NCBI RefSeq assembly: GCF_033153115.1
Contig: NW_026889796.1
Span: forward strand, 992,001 to 1,056,000
Reading direction: 5' to 3'
Origin: Saccostrea echinata
Taxonomy: Eukaryota
Length of the DNA: 64,000 bases
Made by a program: the position numbers and the translations under genes. The stretch's first letter is position 1; the number at the start of each line of letters is the position of its first letter. The notes below the pieces were generated by a model, which made no database searches, had not been told where the DNA came from, and was given only the letters and a program-made list of their open reading frames with translations. This document shows positions 13,457 to 26,397 of this stretch, in pieces.

Positions 13457-13942
13457 GGTCAAGATCTAGTAAATGATTTTAGACTGCATTTTTGATGCTA
13501 GATCCATTATGACGTCATAATCAAATTAAACTTTCTTTTTTCCCGTACTTTACGGCTGTAATAGAATTATGTAGAAAATAAAGTATTTTCCTGGAATTCA
13601 ATTTGAAATCATGTGAAAAGTAATCCCCATACCTATATTCAATTTAATATTATTTTAAAGAAGAGGCCAAGAACATACAAATTACCTTTTTCTGAGAGAC
13701 TGTAGGCAATCTGGATACATTTAATTTGTCTGATATGGAAAAAACTCCCATATACATGACTGATTTTCCTAATTTTTGAATAAAAATGACAGTTTAATAT
13801 ATGATTTTTCGTCTTGTTTGCCTACAAATTATGCCCCAAAACACCTTATTTGACCAAGCTATATTTATAAAGCTTCATTAAAGGAATTTATTTCTCAAAT
13901 TTGAGAAATCTGTAGGCTCCTTTTATTTACTAGATCTTGACC
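13457..13942. mobile_element. 486-bp MITE with TTAA TSD (Kolobok-type)
   Basis: Perfect 18-bp TIR GGTCAAGATCTAGTAAAT (13457-13474 / 13925-13942), TTAA on both flanks. Purine-purine termini plus TTAA fit Kolobok better than piggyBac (CCY). Confidence 0.88.
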
Positions 13943-14886
13943 TTAAGTTCGGGAATGTATTTTGCCATATTCTAGACATTTTCAAAGAGATAACATGATT
14001 TCAAATTGACATTATACGTAGGAAAGAATTGAGTTGATACATCTTGGACAATGGGAAGAATTGGTGAAAAGAAAGATCATTGATATTGTAAAGAAACTAT
14101 TACCTAAAAGGAAAGGGAGGTGCTTTACTTAGTGTGAATAGTGCTTAGTTATTAAGCTGTGGTAGTTGGCTCTATAAAATCTGCAATTCATCAGATTTGA
14201 TAGGTGATGCAGATCAAATTAATTCTCTCTCAATAAACTGGGTTTGCAGGTTAAAAGATAATAGTTTTTTTTTTCTTTAGCTTGCCTCCTGTCTGCATGG
14301 TCCACAATTTTTCAGCATGAATGCTATCTTTATCCTTGTCAGGGTGTATAAAACTAGGAGCTATATAAACAACCTGGCTATTATATCTGACCTGAGTCTA
14401 GCTTGTGTTTATCATAGTTATATGCATCAAACTAGGGTTACATGTACTAATCATAGGTTAAATCCATATGCCAAGTGCCTGATCTTCAGGAATACCACCA
14501 ACTGCTGCTAGCCTCTGGGCATAAAAGCCTGTCAACATCAGAAATCCATCTGCTTAAACCTTCTAATGGCTTATGCAATTATACTTAAACCTACTCCTGT
14601 GCAAATCATTTTTCATAATGTAATTTCAATAAATTTTTTTAATATTAAGACACGGTTTTGTAATGAATGTAGGAGGAATATTAAACATGAAAGAAAATGA
14701 AACCTTTGAAATGATTATATAAGTGTATAATAAAAGTGATAATATAAGTCTGTCACCCTATGCTTTATAAAACAATTGTAGGTTTATGAAAGCAATCTGC
14801 ACACATTAATGCCCTGTAAATAAATATACAAGTAAATTAATTATTATCTAGAGTAGTGAAAGAAATTCAGAGATGTAAAGGAAGCA

Positions 14887-15222
14887 CAGTCAAACCTTGT
14901 TATCTCAAACTCAATGGGACTGAGAAAAAACTTCGAGATATCCGAGGATCCGAGGGTAAAATACTTAAAGAATAAGGGGTTGGGACTTCAAATCACTTCA
15001 ACATATCCAGGGTATTCGAGATATCGGTGTTCAAGATACCAAAGTTCAACTGTAATATACAGTAGTTGAACTTCGGTATCTCAAATACCATGGATATGTC
15101 GAAGTGATTTGGAAGTCCCAAACACTTGTTCTTCAAGTAATTTACCTTTAATATCTTGAATCCTCGGATATCTAAAATTTTGCTCTCGGTCCAATTGAGT
15201 TCGAGATAACGAGGTTTGACTG
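14887..15222. mobile_element. Two ~165-bp Tc1/mariner-type MITEs in inverted orientation
   Basis: Copy 1 14887-15052 (CAGTCAAACC...AAGTTCAACTG); copy 2 ~15063-15222 is its reverse complement with a short internal deletion. CAGT termini; TA follows both right ends. Confidence 0.8.
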
Positions 15223-18200
15223 TATATGCTTTTATCTCTGTCTCTGTGTGTGTGTATTTACATAGCTACATTTTTTTTTTTTTACACAATCCTAATCAAA
15301 ATTCCTTAATGTTAAATTATTCATAAGTGTTGATTATACTGCACTCCACGTCTACACTCTCTGGACTGTGGTCATTTATATAACCATAGTATACAGCTCT
15401 TGTAGCTTATACATGTATTATATACATGAAATTGTAAAAACCTCAGGTCATCATGCTCTGTTGAGCACATATGTGTCCTAGTTGCAACGGCATATTCTTT
15501 TTTTATCTACATATAAATACAGAAAAACAATAGTCAAACACACTGGTCACTCAATATTCAGCAGTGACTCTTAATTGTGGAGACAATACACCACTGCGCA
15601 CAAGACAAGGTCATTGCACAAACACAAATTATGAATGAATACCTGTTTCTTATGTACACACCTGTGCAGGGACTGCAGCTTACGTACATGTATTTAGGTC
15701 AGGGAGTCCAATTGAAAAATTTTGTAAACAGTCGTAAATGTAGGTCAGTAAAAGGGAATAAAATTACAGTCACTTAAATGAGTATAGAAACATTTCATGC
15801 ACAACAGGCTCAATTACCAATATACCAAATTTGAGCTTCACCAATTGTGACATTCCATAATTGTTCACACTCGATGCTTTTAAATGACATTCTGTCCAAT
15901 ATTGAGAGGACTGACACAATGAAGGGGTGAAAAATTCCGAAACACTCATCTTACTAGAATTCTTGATCTGTAGAGCAATTAACCTTTCAGTGCTACCTAA
16001 CTTGTACTGGTAGTGTAATATTTGGTACTATGAATACTATCAGCATTAAATTAGCAAGTATTTGTAACGAATGAAGACATACACATTTTAACCTATACAG
16101 ACATGACCAAAGGCCACATTACACAGTTGTTAATATGTATCCTGTGGGGACTAGCATTTGACCATAAACTAATAGCTGCCCAACTGCCTGAGCTAAATAA
16201 TTCATCCATGTACAACAAACGAGGTATACATGACCTATTCATTTACACTGATTGGAAATATTGAAAAATCTTTCAGAATAGGTGCTTATATTGCAGACAC
16301 CTATTTCGACTTGCAATTTTGACAGCTGTGCAAATTAAAACAGCTCTAGTCAAGCATGTCTTTTTCCCCCCTCTGTTTGAAATGTGGGACAAAGGCTTTT
16401 TGGAAACTTCTGACATAGACAAATCAATAGAATACCCGTCATCTCCACACAAAGTAAATATCATAACTAGGACTCCGAAGTAATTTAACTAAACAGCTGA
16501 TTAATATAGCCAGCAAGCATATCCTTCCATCGATTATGGCTAAAATCAATGAACACCCATTGTCTCTCTCGTACCGTCCTTTTTGTGTTGATAGTCGCAC
16601 ATATTCTGCCATCTAAATTGCAATTTTAAACTAGGTGAAATATTATTGACCAAACCCCAAATCTGTGGTTGTTTTGGCAGTAAGGTTATGGTAGCAAATG
16701 GGATTTGCTATGTCACTGTATCTATCTACAGTGAATAAATTAAATAAAGGGAAATTTTTCATCTAAATTTGAAACAAAGTCCAATGGCCTTTAAGTTATT
16801 TTAAGATGATGTATGTAAAAATAATACCAACATCTAATTGAAATTCACAACAAAAACCACAAGAATAAAAAAAAAAGAAGAATATGTCAGGACATTTTTA
16901 TACATGTATTTACAATAACAATTAATGACATCATACATAAATTTTACAATTAAGGAAAATAACTGAGAACAACTAATATTTACTTTGAAAAAAAAAAAAG
17001 CTTTTTGTCAGTAGAGTTTATTTTTCAAGCAAAATTGTCGTGATCAGCACATGCAAGTAACACGAGGTATTTGTCAATATTATGTAAAGGATGTCAAACA
17101 AGCATATTCTGTAACGGCTCATATCAAGGAAATGTCATATACGTCTACATAAACATAACAGTTCAGGATTAATAAATAAACTGTCGCATGTCACCAGTTT
17201 GTATTATACGCAGCTTCACCCTGTGTGGATGCCTGTACATGCAATTATATAAAAATTTCAATTGAGGATGTAATAATCTTGTTTGGTCAGTTCAACCAAA
17301 TAACCTGTACTGAAATACAAACCTATGCATATATATTACCCGACAGAAATAAGCTGATTTTTAATACACATTTTGTCACTAAGGCTGTATAATATCTAAT
17401 GTAAAATCCAGTCATAGAGTGCAATCCCTTTAACACATTAGGGTTACCTAATGGTATAATCTACTTACAATGTTACTCAATTTCTTGCTGACAGAGAGGA
17501 AAAAATATATTTAAAACCACTCACACATTCTTTCTACCAACTGTCCTACTTTTGAGTCAAAAAAGATTTCAATAATTTTATACATTTATTTTTTTTTCCC
17601 CATTGGCAAATACATCTTTATATGTTTAAAACAATATAAAATGCAAAGTCAGATAAAAAAGTTATAAAACAGGAACATCTAGCCACTTCAATAAATCTAA
17701 TAAGGAAGTAATTAAAGCAAGTTCATTCAATTTCAAACAAAGTGGCACATACTTCAAACATAACACAGATTTTGCAATACATATCATAAACATCAAATGT
17801 CTCGTGTGGTGTGCACAATTTTTACACCAGAGCATGCATTTTATTCCAACACCACCCCAGAGTTGTACCTAATTCTGGCAGTCCCATAATGAACAAACGA
17901 TAATGATCTATACACAGAGTCACAGATTGGGACTAATTATGTTTAACTAATAGATAACTGTTCTAAGCCTGCATGCTCTTATTAATGTCACTGAGATGAG
18001 TGACTTGGCCAATCAATCATTACATAAGATGTGATCAGGGTTTAACATGACCACGTGGAAATGAAATGAGCTGAACAATTATGCAGGATGGATAGTATAT
18101 TTGCATATTTTCTTGTGCTCATTGACGATATTAACAGCATTTTTTTTTTAATTTATGTAGTTTTAAAGTCTCTACATAACCTGTTGAAACAGCTGACAAA

Positions 18201-20734
18201 ATTAATAGAAATGTAGTATATACAATTGTAGAGATGTACGTGTTACAAAAAATAAAACAACTCTTCGAACATATTACAGGTTCATACAGAGTCTAAAATT
18301 AACTTAAAGTACAAGTGAAAATATATAAACACATCTTTAACACATTTCTACCAGGAAATGAAACTTAGGAATGTTTACAGATTACCAGATTTTATGACTT
18401 TGAGGCTTTATAGTCTGTAAAACATATTGGAGCAATATCCACCATAATACAGAAGGAGCACCTGTGCAGTGAGAATGTCAGCAGACTTCAACTGAAAGAA
18501 CATATTCAACATATTCTTTAAAAAGTTATTTATTCATATGTTTAAACATTTAATATTATTGAAAGTAGACAGCACAATTACATAATGTCAATTTTTTTTA
18601 AAGTTAAGGGCAATATATGATGTATGCGTATTATGCATATCATTTTTTTTTAGAATTGCTACAAAGCCCTCATGTTTGTAAATCTAACTGCTGTAACGGG
18701 TCTAAATGTAATAAATGCTTTTTATGTCTTGAATTACAAAATCTGAATACTAAAGGCCAGCATGCATATACTTCCAGATGTAAATCAGAGCCAGTGCCTA
18801 CTGATTAGTCTTGACATATAACTTCCGGACAAGATATCCACTAGCTCTAATGCCTCAATATATGTTCAATATATATTGAACATGATATCGCTATACATGG
18901 CAAAACTATCAAATTTCACAATGAGGTCACTGTGACCTATATTCTGGTTACAACAATGCATTAAATGACAAGATTTGATGATTGAAGGCCTAAAAATTAT
19001 GCAAGGTATCACAGAAAGACTTAAGAAATAAAGTAATTGTCCAAAGGACACAAATTCCTTTGCTACATGTCATATACCCCAGCCTAAACCATTTTAGCTA
19101 AGACCACTCTCCAGGTTTCGCAAAACAAATCTACTTTTAATAACACCTGTCACATATTCTGACCATGAAACTCCAATGACAATTTTTTGCTTTAAATCAG
19201 ATTAATTTGTGACGAAAATTTGAACATCTGGCTTTGTGACTGAAAAAAAAGAATCAGCCTTGCATTTCTTCAGACCATCCAGGATGTCCATGCCATTCCA
19301 AGTTATTGCAGGGAAAACAAATATTTATTATTTAGCAGTCACATCCAAAGACCCTAAAAGCAATTCAAGCCAAACCTTTTAACCCATGGTGCAAACATGA
19401 ATGCATTCACAAGTAATGCTCAGAACACAGGGCTTAGCCCACTACATTTAATTCCATGGCCTCCAAAAACAATTCAAGTACACACATTAATCATTAACCA
19501 TTTTATGTTGTATATATGATGATCTCAATCTGTCAAACTTTTTTGTGTGAATACTGATTGCAACATGGGACTAACAGACATGTGGACATGGGTGACCACC
19601 CCCCCCCCCCTTTAAAATGGAGGGGAGGAAATTGATGAAGATGGTTGGAACTGTAAAATCATCAATAGTTGACTTCATTATACAGCCATAGAATTATCCA
19701 TTAATACTTTTAAATAATTGAAAAATTTACACATTTTAGGGGCCATACTTTTAAAAGTGGTCTGGAAAATTTGTTTACTTGTATACTAGTATATTTTGTA
19801 CATTCATTCTAGGATACTGCATCTGATTGCACTATTCTTGTTATATTTGAATATGTATTGAATTTTGATTGCACCTTACATAATCTTTGAAGTCTATAAT
19901 TTTTCCTGGTCTTATAGAAGTTCTCAAGGTTATCAAGATGACTCATTCATCCTTCCCACAAGAGAAAATTCTGACTTCAAGATCTATTGTTGTTCTTTAC
20001 TTTAAACATGTATTACTCTCAATTAAGATACTTGAAAAATTCTATATGAAATTTAGAAGAATAACTGAATGAGATCAATGTTAATGCTTGCAGCAAAGTT
20101 TTAAAATGCATAATAACAATAATCATACATGTATTTCACGTATAGCTCAAGTTAAATTCTCATAAAAGTGGTCAAGTGACAAGATGATCTCAGAATGGTA
20201 TGCAACTCAAGCCTAGGGCATTCTACAGCAAGCTATGAAACACCAGTTTCTAAACACTCATTCTTCATTGAAACATAAATATCTCTTTTTAATAAGAAGC
20301 CTCATTTTTTTTTTAAACCCAGAAGCACTTAAACCCCAGTATTAATGTGAAAACAAATGTGCATGTGGTCTCATTGACCACAAAAATTCATGCAAATCCT
20401 GATGCAAGGATTAATAAAACTACAATATAGACCCTATAAGAAAGATGGGCATATTTGGTGGGTGATCTGCAGGAATATCATGTGTATGAAACATTTAAAG
20501 TTTAAATGTCCAAGATTTGGTCGGATGACCATTATATAGCTAGACAGACTCTACAAAGTTACACACATACTAAAATATTATATTTACACTGAAATACCTT
20601 GTCAAGTAGTAATATTCAAGTCCTCTTATCTTAATAGTGATGAAAGCATAGTAACACATCACATAAATAATAAACACCTGTAACATATTTAACAGCCTAT
20701 AATCGTTAAATGCAGTTATATTGAAGATTCAGTA

Positions 20735-22765
20735 GATTAGAAGAATTAATGCTTGCACTCTTGGTGAAATTGAACCAAAATTTATCCATTATAACATTTT
20801 AATAAATCAATAAATATTAAAAATCAAATTGACAAACAAATTAATTATTTGTATAAAAAAATTAAAAAAATAAATGCTCCATGCAAGGACTGAACAAAAC
20901 TTCTTGATTCCTGAGACTGGTAACACATACTATTGTGCCATCATCGCTACACAAACAATATGGATTCTAAAATGACAATTGTTGAAGCAACGCATTTACA
21001 CAATGGAAATTTTTTTTTTAAAAAAAGTTCACTTTTTGGTCTCTGGGTCTTCTTTCCATTTTTTACAAATGTTTGCTAGTTTCTTTGAATTTAAATGACA
21101 AATTAATAATGTTATAAAATCACAGAGAGATGACCCGGAGATAGCAATTTTTCTTTAAAAACATGTTTAAAAATGTAACATTTTGTACCAAATGACTCGA
21201 TCATCTAGCCATATTTCAAGATATATTTTAGAAAATCAGAACACAATATTGGGAAAATATTTCCCTTTCCTATTTCACAGGAACACGATACATCAAAAGA
21301 ATGCTAAAATTTCATGTGACAGATCAATGAAATTTTCACTTTTCAAGTGCACCCATGCAGGTTCCTCCCAAATGCCATACAAATGTGCCCTCATTCTTTC
21401 AGGGAGGAGGGGATAAAAACAATTAAGATAATCATATTCTGAGTTCTTGCATAGAGAAAAGTGTAACCAGAAGTTTCTGATAAGACTGTAGCTCTACCGA
21501 TTTGTCCTTTTACAATTGAAAGGGAACAGAATCACCTGGACTTGAAAAAAAATTTACTTTTACATTTACAGAATGATGTATCGATCCTCATGGTTTCTCA
21601 ACTTGTTTCAAGTTTCGTTGAAATCAAAACAAAAATAGAGTAGCACACTGAAAGATTTTCAAGGATTCCCTTTTTTAGTAGCTATTGCAATATTACCAAT
21701 AATTCAGAATTATGAGCCTTATTTTAGTCAACTTGTGTACCAGGTTTAAATTTATTGAAAATAGACATGTACTGTAGGGGACATATATTGTAGAAGTAAT
21801 TTCTTTAATATTTCAAACATTATTCTATGATTAGACACTGTTTCTACATTGTTCTTTGAAATTTAAAAAAAACACAGCATTGTGTATAAAAGTATAGTTT
21901 GAAATCTTATTTAAATTACAGATTACAGATGAGCTATTATATGCCAAAAAAATTTTATCCTGATATATCATGATTTTTTCACAAAAATATCACGATATTA
22001 ATATAATTTAAACACAACAATTTAATTTACACACAATTTTTATTAATATTTCAAATGAATTTCCATTATTTTTCTAACAAATACAGTGTGTCAACATAAC
22101 TTTACTTTTTTCATTTTTAATTTTTATATGTTAATAAAGTATGATTGGATGCTAGGATGTTGCTGTCTTTTTCTGTTTTACAACTTATTTTTACAATTCC
22201 TTTAACTGTAATTGAAAAGTTTGAGCAAAAAAAAAATTTATTTCCGGAATCTATAATTTATTCACATATTAAAATACCGGTATGCAAGTCTCCATATCAA
22301 GATACTTATCGCGCAATTAAAAATTACAATATACCGGTATACTGATGAAATCACACATCCCTAATCGAAATCAGAACAAATCTATAGTTCAGGAGCAGAG
22401 GAGCTAAGCATTTTTAAAAAAATTCAAAATACTTTTATTAACCATGGCAACACCATTCACTGAAATAAAAATTTAAAAAAAAAAAATGCTCAACAGAATT
22501 ATGTATCTTAGTGTAGTCTACTTTGTACCAACTTTTATTGAATTCAGACTTAAGTTACAAGAGGAGAGTAGTGTTTCATAGAATTTCATAGAAATTTCTC
22601 TTGCAACCATGGCAACCCTCTCTAAAAAACAAATAAACTGAACTTAAAGAATTATGCATTACAGGTTGCTGAAATGTGTAAATCAAGGGTTTATTGAAGA
22701 AAAGAAAAATCCAGACCAAAAACATAGGAAAAGTAGCATCTTCTTAAGCACCCTTATATGCTAAT
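20735..22765 (-). mobile_element. Old, degenerate HINE/Helentron-type element with a nested insertion
   Basis: TAGAAGAATT...TGCTTGCAC end near 20738, AAGCACC...TGCTAA end near 22746-22764, CCATGGCAAC core repeats (22442, 22607), a tRNA-like remnant at ~20876-20945, and a nested ATCACGATA-type element ending CACATCCCTA at 22343. Confidence 0.4.
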
Positions 22766-23950
22766 GAAAAAAAAGTTTTTTGGATGTTGAGAAAATTAAA
22801 AATTTTACATGAAGGGTACCTGTCATTTACCCTAGGAGAAATGTTGAAAGAAATCTAAGTTCAAACAAAGTACAAATAAACAGATATCAATGTTGCTTAC
22901 TTAAATGGGGAGAATGCATGAAAATGAAGTGTTCAGTTAATTCATCTTGGTGTAATAAAATACTTAGAATGTCTAAATTGATTACAAATTGAGAAACACT
23001 CTAGACTTGATTAATCTGAGTTAAGATCTATAAGGGCAGATCACTCCAACTGCATAAAAATACCATGGAATTAGAACTCTTTAGTATGCAGTGTATAGAG
23101 GGTCCTTAACTTTTCTGGTCTTTGAAACAGAAATAGGAAAATCTCTTGACTCAGATATTTTATCAATCCAGTAGATTACTCAAGGTGAAGAGGACACAGC
23201 AGGAGATTTAGATATTTGAGGAAAGATGCACTGGATTTCTGTTAAAACATAAACTAGTTTTTATCTTGCCTGTCCTATAAATAACAACAGATACTCCAAA
23301 AGGTCAGCAGATTTACACCATTTTACACCATTCATAAGACAGTTTAGAAGAAACGATGGAACATATGTGCAGAACTCAGCATCTGTGAACAAGTAATGGC
23401 CTGTACAAATGGACTAAAGAATTTCTCAACCCTTCTGGTTACCTGTCGTTTCTTTTAAACTCACAAATCATAAATCTTTCATAAACCTTTGTAATCAATG
23501 GCGTTTCATTAAAAAAAAATCCGTCTCAGAATAGAAGAATGAAGTCGGTGTCTGAGCTTTATCACAATCCCGCAGGAACACTCCGTCATGGATTCTACAA
23601 AATGTCTGACATATATCATGGACTTGACAAGATTGTTGTAATCTCAGCAGCCTCTTATATGATTTACTGTCTGTACCTTTTGTAGGAAACTAGATACCTA
23701 GAGTCGACAATTTTCTGATTTTTTTTTCACAATAAATTCTTCCCAGAGAAAATGTACCGGTTATTGAAATGTTTAAATCAAGGATTTGATGACACCTGTA
23801 ATTTAACATTAAAGTCAGCATTAAATTCTGAAAGGATATAATAAGTAATAAATATTGTTGCATATGTCATTCAAAACACTGAACAGCTACAGCAACTGGT
23901 GCATGCTTCAAAATTAAACATGTTGAACCTTATCTTTGTAATTGCTTTAG

Positions 23951-24740
23951 ACGACATGAACCTTATAACAATAGAGTAGATGACATGAACCTTGGAGATT
24001 TATAAGAATAGGATATATCATGACATGAACCTTATAGTAGATCATGACATGAACCTTAAAACAATATAGTAGATGACATGAACCTCAGGGATTTATAACT
24101 ATAGAGTAGATGACATGAACCTCAGGGATTTATAACTACAGAGTAGATGACATGAACCTCAGAGATTTATAAGAATAGAGTAGATAGCATGAACCTCTGA
24201 GATTTATAACTATAGAGTAGATGACATGAACCTCAGAGATTTATAACTATAGAGTAGATGACATGAACCTTATAACAATAGAGTAGATGACCTGAACCTC
24301 AGAGATGTATAACTTTAGAGTACATCATGACATGAACCTTATAACAATAGAGTAGATGACCTGAACCTCAGAGATGTATAACTTTAGAGTACATCATGAC
24401 ATGAACCTTATAACAATAGAGTAGATGACCTGAACCTCAGAGATGTATAACTTTAGAGTACATCATGACATGAACCTTATAACTATAGAGTAGATGACAT
24501 GAACCTTATTACAAGTATTATGCAATATAGTAGATGACATGAACTTAATATCTGTGGGGTAGATGACTGAACCTTATTTTTATAACTATAATGTAGATGA
24601 CATGAACTTTACAGTTATGATTTAGGAGTTGATGATTGAACCTTTTTTTTTTTTGTAACTGTAGTGTAGATGACACAAACCTTAGTTATATCTATTACTA
24701 AAGAGTTGATGACTGAACAAAGTGTACATGAAATGAACCT
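23951..24740. repeat. Minisatellite built on GATGACATGAACCT, with 29/37/40-bp variants
   Basis: 37-bp units start at 24075, 24112, 24149, 24186 and 24223. A 69-bp (29+40) dimer repeats three times at 24260-24466. Units degenerate at both edges. Confidence 0.95.
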
Positions 24741-26063
24741 TATTTTCATAAATATAGTGTAGACGACATCCACATCTTCAAACTGGAATTGTATATTCAG
24801 TTGCCCCATGGTTTTCCAGATAGTTAACCTTGATTAACTTTAAGACTTTTGTCTTATCAATTTGAAATATTTACGAAAATTGCCAAGGGCAGTGACAAAT
24901 CAAACTCGGTCAATTTATGCAGTGGTCTATCATCACCTCTCCACATGACAAACATTCAGATTTCATGTCCTGCCTACTTTTTTTTTTTAAATAAGCCGTC
25001 CCTTAATGTTATGAAATCCTAAAATTATACTTCAATTGCTTTGTTTAATTTAGAATCATTAATGTTTATTGGATTTTTTTAAAATTACAGCTCCTCAGTT
25101 ATCCAACAAATAAACACCCTCTCTCTCTCTCTCTCTCCCTCTCTCTATGTATATATATAATTATGAGATGTGAAACAAATTTGTCAGAAAAAATTATATA
25201 ATCAGTGATCCAATATCTTGTTTCATTGAAAATTGATCATGCCATTTACAACAAAGCAAGACTTAATCATGTTAGTTCTTATATATACTAATGTTTCATT
25301 TACAGATGGTTCCCTTTGCAAAAAAAAAAAAAAAAAAAATGTTTTGCTACTTTAAAAGATTTTTATCCATCTTCTTTTTATTACTGCTGTCATTCCGTTA
25401 CAGCACACATTTTTCAAACAAAAATTTTCCTTCAGCTGAGCTAGTTTTCAACATTAATTTAAAACAGCTTTTAACATAGAGAGCTCTCTTCTTTCACTCT
25501 CTGCCTTGCCAGCAAAGCCATAATTACTGTCTATTTGCTGAAACTAAATCTAGATAGATTTGAGTTTTCTCTCAGATTTTTTACATTTACTGTGTTTCAC
25601 ATCTCCAAGCATCAAGACTTGACATAGCTGGAGGCTGCTTTATTGAGAAAATTTTAAAGCTCTGCCATTGTGCTAGTAACAAAACCCACTGTCATTACCA
25701 GAAAATAGCTGATGTGTGTTTATTTTCCAATTAAATACCTGTGTTGTTGTTTAGTTTCTATTAAAGCCCAAAATAGAAAGCCAAATATATTTAATCTTTT
25801 TTAACAAAACAGAATTTACAATGAGATTGTTATCTTGCTATTCTTTCCTTGGTCAATTAAGCTTTCTACATGTATAAAAGTCAGATAGGCTGTTTGTAGG
25901 TTCTGTAAGTTTTAATTTGCTAAATATACCTGTTCCCCCAATCCCTTTGCAGAAAATAAAAAAAAAATTTCTATCACTCAGCAACTTTAAGATAATTAAA
26001 TAAGATAGCACACATCATTTGAGTTTGAAATTATTAGGACATTATCACATATATATGGGACTA

Positions 26064-26397
26064 GGCCATCCTTAAAAAATTGTTTGTTTGTAATTGCCGT
26101 CTAGGGGGAAGAAGGGACAGAACTTTTTTTTCTTCCAAAATTGAAGTTAATTATTAAAAACTGTTGATAAAAATCTTGATAAGAGTGCACACATTATTTT
26201 CTGAATTTCTTTAAAAAATCTCCCATCAACCAAGAACCCAGTTTTTGCTAAGTTCTGATGCTGTTTAAGTGTTTGGTTAGCACATGTGATAACAGGCCAA
26301 GAATTGATTGAATAAAAAATAATTCTTATTTTTGGGCAATAAATTTTTTTTCCAGGAGTCGTCAAATCCAAACAAACAAGAATTTTATTTTGACCCT
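26064..26397. mobile_element. Degenerate MITE with GGCC-type TIRs (Zator/Harbinger-like)
   Basis: Imperfect inverted ends GGCCATCCTTAAAAAATTGTTTGTTTG and CAAACAAACAAGAATTTTATTTTGACCC. No clean TSD. Confidence 0.35.

Noticed and set aside
23951-24740. CRISPR-like repeat/spacer appearance
   Set aside because: The intervening segments are themselves near-identical, there are no cas genes and the DNA is eukaryotic; it is a minisatellite.
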